From the human T2T-CHM13v2.0 reference genome, Homo sapiens: 64,000 nucleotides of DNA. Position numbers and translations under genes: made by a program. Below, piece after piece: positions 36,042 to 48,822 of the stretch (its first letter is position 1; every line of letters begins with the position of its first letter). The DNA lies in assembly GCF_009914755.1 (NCBI RefSeq), contig NC_060946.1. One strand, given 5' to 3'. The notes below the pieces were generated by a model. The model did not search any database and was not told the DNA's origin. It saw only the letters and a program-made list of their open reading frames with translations.

Positions 36042-38443
36042 TACTGGTGATGATTTTCATTTAATGGTGTTCTACAAAGTGAGTTTAGGCAGTGAAAGGG
36101 CACAAGTCACCTATAGTTTACCAGAAAGTAGTACCAGTCACCAGCGTTGAAGCATACTCCTAACCCTGGAAAATTTCTTCAGCAGCCAGAATTAATCTCA
36201 GATTTTGAGACTGGAGCAAAGACTAATTTGGTATGTGTTCATTTAGATTAGTAAATCTCTATGGTGTTCGAACTGTATAATATCAAATCTAAAATAAGTC
36301 AAGAGAGTTAGACAATATCTCATCTCTGAGAAAATAAATGCATTATTTTCAAGAGATTTAAGACTGAATTTAAAATCCAACTGCCTATTCCAGTGTATGT
36401 TTCTCTAGAATATGGCCAAGCCCTACAAATTCTGGATAGTGTCCTCCAAGTTGTGTTTAAGTGATAATTGATAAATCTATGGTTTAGATACATATGGAAT
36501 TCCACATAACTCTAGCTCCAGCCTTTGCGAGTAAAAATTGGCAGTGATCATGGCCTTAATGGAGGCATGTGGTTAATTGGAATTTTCAGTACCAAAAGTC
36601 TTCTTCTTACTAGTTTATCAGGGTACCCTATAATAGTATCCATAACTCATTGCCCACTTGTCTGTTTTGATTTCTTTTTTAAAAATACAATTTTAAACTT
36701 AGAGGTTTTGTACCTCAAGTCACATATGTGGCACATTTATAAAATAATCATGCCTTTGCATATTTTTCCTTTGATATCTTAGCTGTATATACAAGCCACT
36801 TATGTTTTTTAATTGCCACAAATATTGCACTGAAATAGAGCACTAGTTGCAAAAATGCCTGGTATAACATTTCTTCTTGTTCTTGAAAGTAATTTTAATA
36901 CCCCATGTTTAAGATATTCCTAGACAACTATAAGTAACTATAATTATTTCTGCTAGGTAGAAGCATCTTTGTGGTCAACATTTGTGAAGTGCCTTGTAAA
37001 TAAAAATATGCTTGAGTAGAAATAGTATTTTGCAAATATAGCCCTAAATAGAGCTACTGATTTTACCAAGAATTAAAGACTCCAAACTCTGTCTTTGTCT
37101 TTCAAATTTGGTTTATAGGAACATCTCATTACAATGAGCAAAAAGCCTATCTGATCATTAAAGAGATAATTTTGACACTTTCAAATGACACAGCTAATTT
37201 GTAGTAGGTTTTTGAAGTGCAAATTACAGGTTTCTGTTTAAATAATGACAGTAAAATATGGACAGTATCTATTCACACTCTATATACACAACTACAACTT
37301 GTCCCTAGAAGAAAAGTTTAATTTTTCAGGTCTCATCCACAAAACGAAGTGTTAATAAGCTGTATCTTTATTCTCACTTTTAAGTAATTTCTTCTTAACC
37401 ATTGTATAACACTACCACAGTTTGTATGGAGATAAAATAACTCATGGTGAGAAATCCAGTTCTTTAAAAAATCATTTTACCTTCAATCACTTTTAGGATG
37501 TCTATGGTTTTAGAGTAAGGACGAAAATTTATAAACATTTGTTAAATTATGCAACTGTGTTTGAAGATGTTTCAAAATTACATTTTCCTTATTTTACAAC
37601 TAGTTTTCATGTATTCACAAACGAGACACATGAGAATTATTAATGCAAAAGCACAGCATATCAACAAAGTTTATAATGTAAATAGTTTAGTTAGGAAAGA
37701 ATGTAATGAGTGAATTATCAAAGCTATTTTATTGGTTCCTAGATTTACCATAGAAGAAAATAAAGCAGCCTTTTAAAAATTTCTCAGCACTGAGTCCATT
37801 TAAGGTCTGTATTGTATGCCGTAAGTTCTAAAAAATGTTATTGCCGGTAAAAATAGGATGCCTATCTAAAATTGTCTTTTTAAAGGTTCTCTCTTATTCT
37901 TCTTCCCTTCCTATGTGTGCACAGAATACTGTCATCGTCTTGATTGGAACACTATCTCTCTTTCTCAGAGGGTGTACATTTGTAGAAGGGAGAAAATATT
38001 TGTTAATTTTGCTTCCTATAAGATAAGGTCTCAATGGTTAAAGGTTAGTTAACAAACTTTTTTTTTGTCTTCATACTATTATCTTGGAATTACCAACTGG
38101 CTTCTACTTGGATTTTGAATAATGAAAGAAAAGAACTAGCATTTGTTAGAACTTACTGTGTTCCAGAAACTTTATTGATGCCATTTCTTCTCATTATCAC
38201 ATTCATTCTTTCAATTAGTATTATTTTTTTCCATCTTAATGAGGTGGGACCAGAGGTTTTGTAATATCCACTAACCCACTGTGGATTTCATGGATTGCAA
38301 GAGGAAGAAAGCATGGTGGAACTCAGGTTTCTCTGATTCCAAATTCACATCCTTTCATGTCTCCATGAAAAATAGAAAAGATAAATTGGGCTCTATTCTA
38401 ACAAGAGAAACACAATTTTCCGTCAGTTAAATGAATAATTCTT

Positions 38444-38564
38444 TTTTATTTTATTTTATTTTATTTTTATTATTATACTTTAAGTTTTAGGGTACATGTG
38501 CACATTGTGCAGATTAGTTACATATGTATACATGTGCCATGCTGGTGCGCTGCACCCAGATACC
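38444..38564 (-). mobile_element. Very short young L1 (L1PA2/L1HS-type) 3' end
   Basis: 'gtgccatgctggtgcgctgcaccca' diagnostic; perfect 16-bp TSD taaatgaataattctt (38428-38443 and 38565-38580). Confidence 0.92.
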
Positions 38565-39299
38565 TAAATGAATAATTCTTAAACCTCAAAAATAAAACGT
38601 AGCAAAACCTCAATTCAAGAGTAGACATAAAGGTTGTGACATGGGTGGCAGGGACATATGTCTAGTGACAGATTTCCTATGCATATCTGACCAAAAATCC
38701 CCCTCATGATTTTCAAATCAGATGCTTAACTACATTTAATGAGTTTCCCGAATCATTAATATCAGGCTCTGAAAACAGGATCATTAAAAATGATTAAGAC
38801 TTTCAACAACAAATATCTTATCTAAATAGTAAGGAAATTATATTAGATGGCTCCATTCCCTGGGCAGTCTAGTTAACAATTCGACTTGTTCAAAGCTATA
38901 AAATATGGCAACTTAAAAAATTATGAAAGTTTTTCTAACTTTGTGCTTAAGGTAGTTGGCCATTCTTCCTCTTGGGAATAAGAAGGGTAGATTTTCTGTC
39001 GAAGCATTTTGCTATTGCTTTTCAATTTCCTTTTATGGAAAATAGATAAAATAGCAATTTTTTAATTATAAATTTAAAGTCAAAATGGAGATAATTAAGT
39101 ATCTCCATTAATTAAGTAAAGATTAATTTTTTTAAAATAGCATTTTCTACATTCTAATCAATCAATTGATTGACTATTTTTATCCCTGGCTCAATGTAAC
39201 TCTCTTTGACATACTCTTGTCTTAATTCTAGTTTAAGTCAAAAATGTGTAATCATAGATGACTCCTTGCCATTTTGATCTCTCAGTTCTATGAACACCT

Positions 39300-40010
39300 T
39301 TGTTCTAACAATAATGTTTTCCAACAGAATTATTTCTACTCAAACTTCTGAGATCAAATTTGTGGATTCAGTCTCACCCCAATCAATTCTTCAACTCTCA
39401 GGACACCAAATGGTGTCCTACAATTCAATTCAATCCTGAGACTATCTGGAGATAGCATAGATCCCAAAAGTTCAGGGTTCAGGCCCACAAGACTGCCCCC
39501 ACACTATTAGAGAGGAGTTGTGGGCCTCCCATACTCCTGACCAACTGGCTATAAATTAGGACCTCCATGGATTCCTTCCTCAGGTTCTATAATTTGCTAA
39601 GATGGCGCACAGAACCCAAGAAAGCACTTTGCTTACAGTTACTGTCTGATACAAATCAGGAACTCTCAAATAGAAGAGACACATAGGGCCAGGTATGGTG
39701 AAAAGGGGCACAAAGCTGCCATATGACCTATAAGTATATCACTCTATCACCCTCCCAGCACCTCAGAGGTGATGGAGGAGAGGGCTGACAGTTTCAACCA
39801 TCTAGTTATGCCTTCATGTTTCTGATGTCCAGCACACACCCTGAAGCTATACGGGTCTCCAGCCACCACTCATGTCATGTCAATAGCATAAACTCAGGTA
39901 TGGCTAAGAGAGACTTATGACTAGTAAAGGATGGTCCTCTCATCTCTATCAGGAAATTTCAAGTTTTAGGAGCTCTGTACTGTGAACTGGGGAGGAAGAC
40001 CAAATAGGAC
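39300..40010. mobile_element. MER21-like LTR
   Basis: 'caattcaattcaatcctgagactatctggagatagcatagatccc...cccacaagactgccccc...ttttaggagctctgt...gaagaccaaata'. Confidence 0.7.
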
Positions 40011-40035
40011 ATACCCTAGACCAGTTGTGCTAACT

Positions 40036-40210
40036 ACAGTGTGCCTCAAAATTGCCTACAGTTGTGTTACAATAAAAGATTGCTGAGACCTGCTATTGGA
40101 ATTTCAGATTTGGTAGATCTGGGGCTGTAACCTGAGAATATGCACTTCTAGTAAGTTCCCAGGTGATGCTGATGCTGTTAGCACAGCGACCACACTTCCA
40201 GACGGACTGA
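40036..40210. mobile_element. MER5A-like hAT remnant
   Basis: 'cctgagaatatgcacttctagtaagttcccaggtgatgctgatgctg...gaccacacttc'. Confidence 0.75.
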
Positions 40211-41778
40211 GTGAAGCATCGTCGTTACTTATAATAGGAACTTCTCTGTAGTCACAATTTCATTCATCCCATTCTCTGAGCTCCTCCTTTAATCATTCCC
40301 TTTCATACGCTGACATAAAATTTTTCAATCTCTCTGAGACCTCCAAACTATTATTTTATCATAATCACAATGACCCTTACCTACTTGATGTACTCTATTT
40401 CCTGTTCTCCTGCCTAAATTCCATGGCCAACCATTCCCAGGAAACTTCAACTTCCTGGTTTCTCTTTCACTTTGCTGAAGCTAACCAGGAAAATAACCCT
40501 GGTTAGATCCAAATTTCCACCAAATCCCCACATATATTTGAGCAACTAGCTATATGGATCAAATTGAAAAATATCCCACTTGAAAATGAGAATCTCAGTG
40601 CTGCCAATCAATCAATCATACTACATATGTTCCAATCTATTCATTCTCTAATTTACCTAGTTTTGTATCTTATCCTCTCTCTAATCCCTAACACTTGCCC
40701 AGAAATCCTCAAAGTCTTTTTGGTTGTGCTTCCCTGAGAACATTGAATCATCCAAAGACAACTTCCACAGACTCCTGAAACCATTTAAACTCACTTTCCC
40801 GTCTACCCCCACATACTCTCCATTTTCACCTATTATTATCTGTGAAATAACTGGCCCCTATCTGTATATTGTCTGATGATGATTTCTATATTACAGGTGA
40901 AGAAAATGAGAATAGGGTTAGAGCTACTTTCTCATTATAGCATAGCTAAGAATCAAATCCACGCAGTCCACCACTGAAACTGGGGTTCCAAGTCAGTGTA
41001 TTTGGAGAAGGAGAGCTAGTAGAAAAATAAGGATGAAAAGATCCAGGATGAAGCTTCTGATGGAAGAAAAGGACATTTTTACTATTATGAACTCCTTGAA
41101 GTAGACCTTAAGCATTCTCATCTGGACAAATATCCATTCATCCACTCCAGTGAGCTGATTAAGTTTTAGGATTTTAAGGGTCAGTGAACAATTATTCCTC
41201 ATTCAGCAATTAAAGAAGGATTAATATGAATATTATCTTGGAGAAGTTTAATTTAAAACATATTTGATTGATTTTTGGCAATTGTCTTCTATCAGATCAT
41301 TACCAATCCATATGAATTGGTAGGAAGGGAGAAAACCCAAAATTTAATCAGATGCCTGAAGTTAGGGAACATTTTATAACCAACCCAGGGGGAGAAAAAT
41401 GCTCAAAAGGGGAAAGATGAGGACAGAAAATACATTTCAAAGATTTTAACTTTTTGACAAAATGTCATTTCCGTGCAAGAAAAACTGATTGTGTGAATAT
41501 AACTGTCATTTATATCTGCCAATGTGTTCAGAAATATATAACCTATAATTTTTTTAATAGTAGTTTGTTAAAACAAAATTTATTCATCAAAGTATCTATA
41601 ACATTCTAAAAATACTAAAAATTTTCAATTTAAATATTAAGCTAAACAGCTCTGTATATATAAATAAGCTCAAACAAACGTGCATGCTTCCCAACAATAA
41701 CACTGCTACAGATATAGATTGGTGGTTTTGGTTTCATTTCATTTTATAATGGCAAATCTGGTTAAAACCCAGATTCTG

Positions 41779-42089
41779 GGCTGGGCACAGTGGCTCACGT
41801 CTGTGATCTCAGCACTTTGGGAGGCTGAGACAGGCAAATCACAAGGTCAACAGATCGGGACCATCCTGGCCAACATGGCGAAACCCCATCTCTTCTAAAA
41901 AAAATACAGAAGTTAGCTGGGCATGGTGGCACGTGCCTGTAGTCCCAGCTACTTGGGAGGCTGAGGCAGGAGAATCACTTGGACCTGGGAGGCAGAGGTT
42001 GCATGAGCTGAGACTGTGCCACTGTACTCCAGCCTGGTAACAGAGAGAGACTCCATCTCAAAACAAAACAAAACAAAACAAAACAAAAC
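41779..42089 (+). mobile_element. AluSc-like with (AAAAC)n tail
   Basis: Full dimer; TSD cccagattctg (41768-41778 and 42090-42100). Confidence 0.92.
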
Positions 42090-42124
42090 CCCAGATTCTG
42101 AACTGACTCTCACAATAAGGATCT

Positions 42125-43924
42125 CAATTGCTTCAAAGAGAATAAAACACCTAGAAATCCAACTTAAAAGGGATGTGAAGGACCTCTTCAAGGAAAACTA
42201 CAAACCACTGCTCAATGAAATAAGATACAAACAAATGTAAGAACCTTCCATGTTCATGGGTAGGAAGAATCAATATTGTGAAAATGGCCATACTGCCCAA
42301 GGTAATTTATAGATTCAATGCCATCCCCATCAAGCAACGAATGACTTTCTTCACAGAATTGGAAAAAACTACTTTAAAGTTCATATGGAACCAAAAAAGA
42401 GCCTGCATTGCCAAGTCAATCCTAAGGCAAAAGAACAAAGCTGGAGGTACTACGCTGCCTGACTTCAAACTATACTACAAGGTTACAGTGACCAAAACAG
42501 CATGGTACTGGAACCAAAAGAGAGATAGAGGCCAATGGAACAGAACAGAGCCCTCAGAAATAATGCCACATGTCTACAACTATCTGATATTTGACAAACT
42601 TGACAGAAACAAGACCTAGGGAAAGGATTCCCTATTTAATAAATGGCGCTGGGAAAACTGGCTAGCCATATGTAGAAAGCTGAAACTGGATCCCTTCCTT
42701 ACACCTTATACAAAAATTAATTCAAGATGGATTAAAGACTTACATGTTAGACCTAAAACCATAAAAACCTTGGAAAAAAAACTAGGCAATACCATTCAGG
42801 ACATAGGCATGGGCAGGGACTTCATGTCTAAAACACCAAAAGCAATGGCAACAAAAGCCAAAATTGACAAATGGGATCTAATTAAACTAAAGAGCTTCTG
42901 CACAGCCAAAGAAAGCACCATCAGAGTGAACAGGCAACCTACAGAATGGGAGAAAAGTTTTGCAATCTACTCATCTGACAAAGGACAAATATCCAGAATC
43001 TACAATGAACTCCAACAAATTTACAAGAAAAAAGCAACCCCATCAAAAAGTGGGCGAAGGATATGAACAGACACTTCTCAAAAGAAGACATTTATGCAGC
43101 CAAAAAACACATGAAAAAATGCTCATCATCACTGCCCATCAGAGAAATGCAAATCAAAACCACAATGAGATACCACCTCACACCAGTTAGAATGACGATC
43201 ATAAAAAGTCAGGAAACAACAGGTGCTGGAGAGGATGTGGAGAAATAGGAACACTTTTACACTGTTGATGGGACTGTAAACTAGTTCAAACATTGTGGAA
43301 GTCGGTGTGGCGATTCCTCAGGGATCTAGAACTAGAAATACCATTTGATCCAGCCATCCCATTACTGGGTATATACCCAAAGGATTATAAATCATGCTGC
43401 TCTAAAGACACATGGACACGTATGTTTATTGTGGCACTATTCACAATAGCAAAGACTTGGAACCAACCCAAATGTCCAACAATGATAGACTGGATTAAGA
43501 AAATGTGGCACATATACACCATGGAATCCTATGCAGCCATAAAAAATGATGAGTTTATGTCCTTTGTAGGGACATGGATGAAGCTGGAAACCATCATTCT
43601 CAGCAAACTATCACAAGGACAAAAAACCAAACACCACATGTTCTCACTCATAGGTGGGAATTGAACAATGAGAACACATGGACACAGGAAGGGTAACATC
43701 ACACACTGGGGACTGTTGTGGGATGGGGGGAAGGGGGAGGGATAGCATTAGAAGATATACCTAATGTTAAATGACGAGTTAATGGTTGTAGCACGACAGC
43801 ATGGCACATGTATACATATGTAACAAACGTGCACGTTCTGCACGTGTACCCTAAAACTTAATGTATAATAATAATAATTAAAAAAAATGAAAACATATGT
43901 CCACACACACAAAAAAAAGAAAAA
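42125..43924 (+). mobile_element. 5'-truncated L1PA4-like element (~1.8 kb; ORF2 C-terminal part and 3' UTR)
   Basis: ORF2 fragments [17 protein letters not shown] through HMFSLIGGN; 14-bp TSD aataaggatctcaa (42114-42127 and 43925-43938). Confidence 0.95.
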
Positions 43925-45552
43925 AATAAGGATCTCAAAGAGGTCAATATGTATATAATCTATTCTTAAAAAAAAATTTTCTCCAATTGTTTATTGAAAT
44001 ATCACACAGGCTCTGACTTTGTTTATACCCTTAAAAACTATGTAGATTGATGTGTAGCTTTTGTAAAGTGAAAGCTCAGAATGTCTACTCTGTTCTGGTA
44101 CCACTTTAGTTTAATTGTTGGGAAATATTTAATAAAAATGAATTACTCAACAAATGGAAAATTTGAACTTTGCATACTAAATTTTTACTTCATATTATCA
44201 ACTCTTGAAAAATAAGTGTGTATATTAGAAATGACACTCATTTGACTATACCATAATATATTTCAGACATTTTATCTTCAGCTACAGAATTTCTCCATCC
44301 TTTGAATTATGTTAGAGGGCTTTAGTTGGCCAGTATTGGTGATTCGCCTCCACTAATTCACAACTCTATTATCTTACCCCCGGGGATGCATTTCCATAGT
44401 TCTGCCTTGTAATGAGTGTCATTTTTTCCTTCTGTTTTGTTGACTGCCATTCAAATAGTTTTGGCTTTATCAGAGATTTTCACTTTATTGTCACCCCCTC
44501 ATTTTTTTAACTTCTCATAATTTACTGTATTATATCTGCCTGGGCTTTTGGTTCCTTTACAGATTTGTTTCACTTTATTTTTAGCTTATGATACTTCTAA
44601 AGTCTGTACCCTTTTAATTTTCACTTGCTTCATCGTCACATTCTTGTGTTTTGTTTTCATTTCAAAATACCAGAAAGTAGGATGTCTCAGCATCTTGGTG
44701 AGTGGAATAGTTTATTTATAATCCAAAAAAATCCCCCATACTTTTTGTGAGCTATCTGCTTCTAAGTAAAAATTTTATATATAAATTCTTTAAAAAAAAT
44801 CTTAAACTTCTGAGGGATTGAATGAGATTTTAAAAATCATTCTATACAACAATGGGTGCAAAATTTGTATTCCTCTACTCGAGAAATCATGAATATTTGT
44901 TATTAGTTTACTAACATCTAAATATTAATGTATTCAATTATATATTATTAAAACACGATTAAGCTTAAGAGGTGGAAAAGTATAAAACAAACAAGTGTAT
45001 AATCTACCTTTATTAATATGAAACATCTTTTTCTCTCCTGAAAATAAAGATTAACCAGGGGTGTGCTGGGGCGGGAGGGGGTGTGTTGGAGGGAGAAAAG
45101 CCATGATTTGCCAATTTCAGCACAAAACTGAAAATGGTTATTAATCTTTACTAGCTACAGATATCTTTTAACATATATTGAAATCTATGACCCTTAAAAG
45201 GAAACATATATACAGATTTTGACAAAACTTTGCAGTTCCACTCATGGATCCTTGTATAAGAATCCCTTTTATATGTGTGTTTGCAATTTAAAGAGTTCAG
45301 ACTTTATGATTCACAGGTGACAATTAATGATTTAAAATCATAACTTAGGCTTTTATAATTTGGGAGTCCGGTGTTTAACTGCTGTAGTAGTAACTGCTTC
45401 TTCTCAGAGAAACTTAGGAGCTAAGACCAGGGAAATGTCCCTTGGTGTACAACACACCTCTTCTTTCTGAACATATCGTATAAGAAGCTAACTTTGTCTC
45501 AAAGTTTATATGACTTTTGCATTTGCAGTTACTAGCTATTTTCTTTTGGAAC

Positions 45553-46255
45553 TGTTGGACTTGGAGAACTTTCCCTCTACCCTCTGAAGGTATGATAACT
45601 GAGTCTATTGAATAAATGGATAACAGGCATGTCAAAAGAAGAAAATGTGTACACATTTATTACACGCATGGGGGAATCACAGGAAAGAAAAGTGGAATCA
45701 AAAACAAAACAAAACAAACAAAACACCACCAAGAAAAAACCCCAGTGAGATTTAGGAGCTTATAGGGAAGGCAGGAGGAAGAATGTAGGAAACTTAGGGG
45801 AGAGCAAATGACTTTTGTGAAAGATGACCAGACCCTTAGGAGAATAGATGATAGTTTGTGGCAGTCTGTCTTAGTGTGGTATGGACCCTTAGTCTTGTCT
45901 CCTGTGATATGAGGAGTCAATTTTCCCTGGCTGATGAAACTCCTAGGAAGGAGATGAATGTCTTTGTGCTGACAAGACAGTATCTTGAAGTTTTGATTTC
46001 CAATTCAGTTCTAAATCTGCAGTGTATAAAAATCTCCTCATCATGCTTTGGATGTTATGGTAGATAAATGGTATCTTTACAAAGATACATTCATTCTGGT
46101 ATTGAAAATTCCTTTTGGAGGATCTCTCTTGAGGAACGTAAAGGGAGTGCAGAGAAAGCATGTCCCGCATTTGTTGTTTTTCAAATATTTTCAGTTCGAT
46201 GTAATCGGTACACCAAAGCAATCCATTTAGGACTGGCATTTCCTGAACACCTTCA
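45553..46255 (-). mobile_element. Solo LTR, ERV1 MER34/MER39-like, carrying an internal 146-bp insertion
   Basis: TG...CA termini with a 4-bp TSD GAAC (45549-45552 and 46256-46259); 'ttccctctaccctctgaagg' and 'ttccttttggaggatct' motifs. Confidence 0.7.
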
Positions 46256-46849
46256 GAACTCTTTTTATCCCATGTTATTTCTATGAGATCACGTGATTTA
46301 AGACCAACTTTTACTTGCCACTTACATATATATTGAAAAGGCAAACTTTCCTTTTGTAGTTTGCTAATTTTGGCAAAGTACTTTAAAAAAAGTTAAATTA
46401 AATGAGTAAGTGAAATTTTCTGTTCTATTGTTTTGAAAACAATTCTAGAAACTGTCCTTGTAAGAACAGCAAAAAGAGAAAAAGATAATTCTCAACTGCA
46501 GCTTCAACCATTCTTTGCTTAACAATGAGTTAATTAAAAGGCAAAACTCTATTTCAGGTTTATATGTGTCAATTGCTTGATTAGAAAGTAAATTATTTAC
46601 CACATATAATCTGGTGTCAAAAAACTTATAATAAAATTACTTTGATTTTATTGCTTATAAGTTTGTGAATTTAAATCTCAACTTACAGTGATGAATTTAT
46701 TTGCTTTGTGCTGACAAGACAGTATCTTGAAGTTTTGTTTTCCAACTCAGTTCTAAATCTGCAGTGTATCAAAATCTCCTCATTATGCTTTGGATGTTAT
46801 GGTACATAAATGGTATCTTCACAAAGATACATTCATTCTGGTACTGAAA
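45962..46849 (+). repeat. 146-bp dispersed direct repeat (45962-46107 and 46704-46849)
   Basis: Ungapped alignment at offset 742 with 7 mismatches by my count. Confidence 0.95.
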
Positions 46850-47168
46850 GTGCCTACTTAAAATTCTGCATGAACAGTTTTATTGAAAAAATATGTAGAC
46901 AAGCCATTAATTATACACACTGATTTGGAACAAATTCTTACAGGAAGCATAGCATGTCTTCCATTAACTGTATACAATTTAAAAAAGTTACTGAAAGTCT
47001 TCCTGAAGTTAAACAATAAATCTTTTAAATTTAACCACTGTGCTCCATCAAAGGTAATTTTTTCTTTATGACACTCACTTAGGGGATACAGTCAGATCTC
47101 AGCCTACTTTAAACAACTAGGCAGTATTTTTAGTGCACTTTTCTGTTTGTTAAAAAGCTAGTTGTCAA

Positions 47169-48822
47169 AGTTGGCACCAGAGTTGGGGAGTTTTAAGAGG
47201 TTTAGAAGCCTAGCCATGAATACCCACAACAGTTACGGAGGCAAAGGAAATAGGCCTTTGAAAAGAAGGTAATGCCCTCTCCCTCTCCCTCTCCCTCTCC
47301 CCACGGTCTCCCTCTCTCTCTCTTTCCATGGTCTCCCTCTCCCTCTCTTTCCACGGTCTCCCTCTGATGCCCAGCCGAAGCTGGACTGTACTGCTGCCAT
47401 CTTGGCTCACTGCAACCTCCCTGCCTGATTCTCCTGCCTCAGCCTGCTGAGTGCCTGCAATTGCAGGCGTGCGCCGCCACTTCTGACTGGTTTTCTTATT
47501 TTTTTGGTGGAGACGGGGTTTCGCTGTGTTGGCCGGGCTGGTCTCCAGCTCCTAACCGCGAGTGATCTGCCAGCCTCGGCCTCCCGAGGTGCCGGGATTG
47601 CAGACAGAGTCTCGTTCACTCAGTGCTCAATGGTGCCCAGGCTGGAGTGCAGTGGCTTGATCTCTGCTCGCTACAACCTCCACCTTCCAGCTGCCTGACT
47701 TGGCCGCCCAATGTGCCGAGATTGCAGCCTCTGCCCGGCCGCCACCCCATCTGGGAAGTGAGGAGCGTCTGCCTGGCCGCCCATCGTCTGGGATGTGAGG
47801 AGCCCCTCTGCCTGGCTGCCCAGTCTGGAAAGTGAGGAGCATCTCTGCCCGGCCGGCATCCCATCTAGGAAGTGAGGAGCGCCTCTTCCCGGGTGCCATC
47901 CCATCTAGGAAGTGAGGAGCGTCTCTGCCTTGCCACCCATAGTCTGAGATGTGGGGAGCGCCTCTGCCCTGCCGCCCCGTCTGGGATGTGAGGAGCCCCT
48001 CTGCCCGGCCGCCCATCGTCCGAGATGTGGGGAGCACCTCTGCCCGGCCACGACCCCGTCTGGGAGGTGAGGAGCGTCTCTGCCCGGCCGCCCCATCTGA
48101 GAAGTGAGGAGCGTCTCCGCTCGGCAGCCACCCCGTCCGGGAGGGAGGTGGGGGTCAGCCCACGCCCAGCCAGCTGCCCCGTCCGGGAGGGAGGTGGGGG
48201 GTCAGCCCCCGCCCGGCCAGCTGCCCCGTCCATTAGGTGAGGGGTGCCTCTGCCCAGCCGCCCCTACTGGGAAGTGAGGAGCCCCTCTGCCCGGCCACCA
48301 CCCCGTCTGGGAGGTGTACCCAACAGCTCATTGAGAACAGGCCATCATGACAATGGCGGTTTTGTGGAATAGAAAAGGGGGAAAGGTGGGGAAAAGATTG
48401 AGAAATCAGATGGTCGCTGTGTCTGTGTAGAAAGAAGTAGACATGGGAGACTTTTCATTTTGTTCTGTACTAAGAAAAATTCTTCTGCCTTGTGATCCTG
48501 TTGATCTATGACCTTACCCCCAACGCTGTGCTCTCTGAAACATGTGCTGTGTCCACTCAGGGTTAAATGGATTAAGGGTGGTGCAAGATGTGCTTTGTTA
48601 AACAGATGCTTGAAGGCAGCATGCTCGTTAAGAGTCATCACCACTCCCTAATCTCAAGTACCCAGGGACACAAACACTGCGGAAGGCCGCAGGGTCCTCT
48701 GCCTAGGAAAACCAGAGACCTTTGTTCACTTGTTTATCTGCTGACCTTCCCTCCACTATTGTCCTATGACCCTGCCAAATCCCCCTCTGCGAGAAACACC
48801 CAAGAATGATCAATTAAAAAAA
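47169..48822 (+). mobile_element. SVA retrotransposon (C/D-like) including a 5' transduction
   Basis: (CCCTCT)n from 47275, Alu-like region to ~47700, GC-rich VNTR ~47720-48310, SINE-R to ~48815, then poly(A); 17-bp TSD aaaaagctagttgtcaa (47152-47168 and 48823-48839). Confidence 0.96.

Noticed and set aside
47407-48809. GC-rich ORF cluster or CpG-island promoter
   Set aside because: Fully explained by the SVA Alu-like, VNTR and SINE-R domains.
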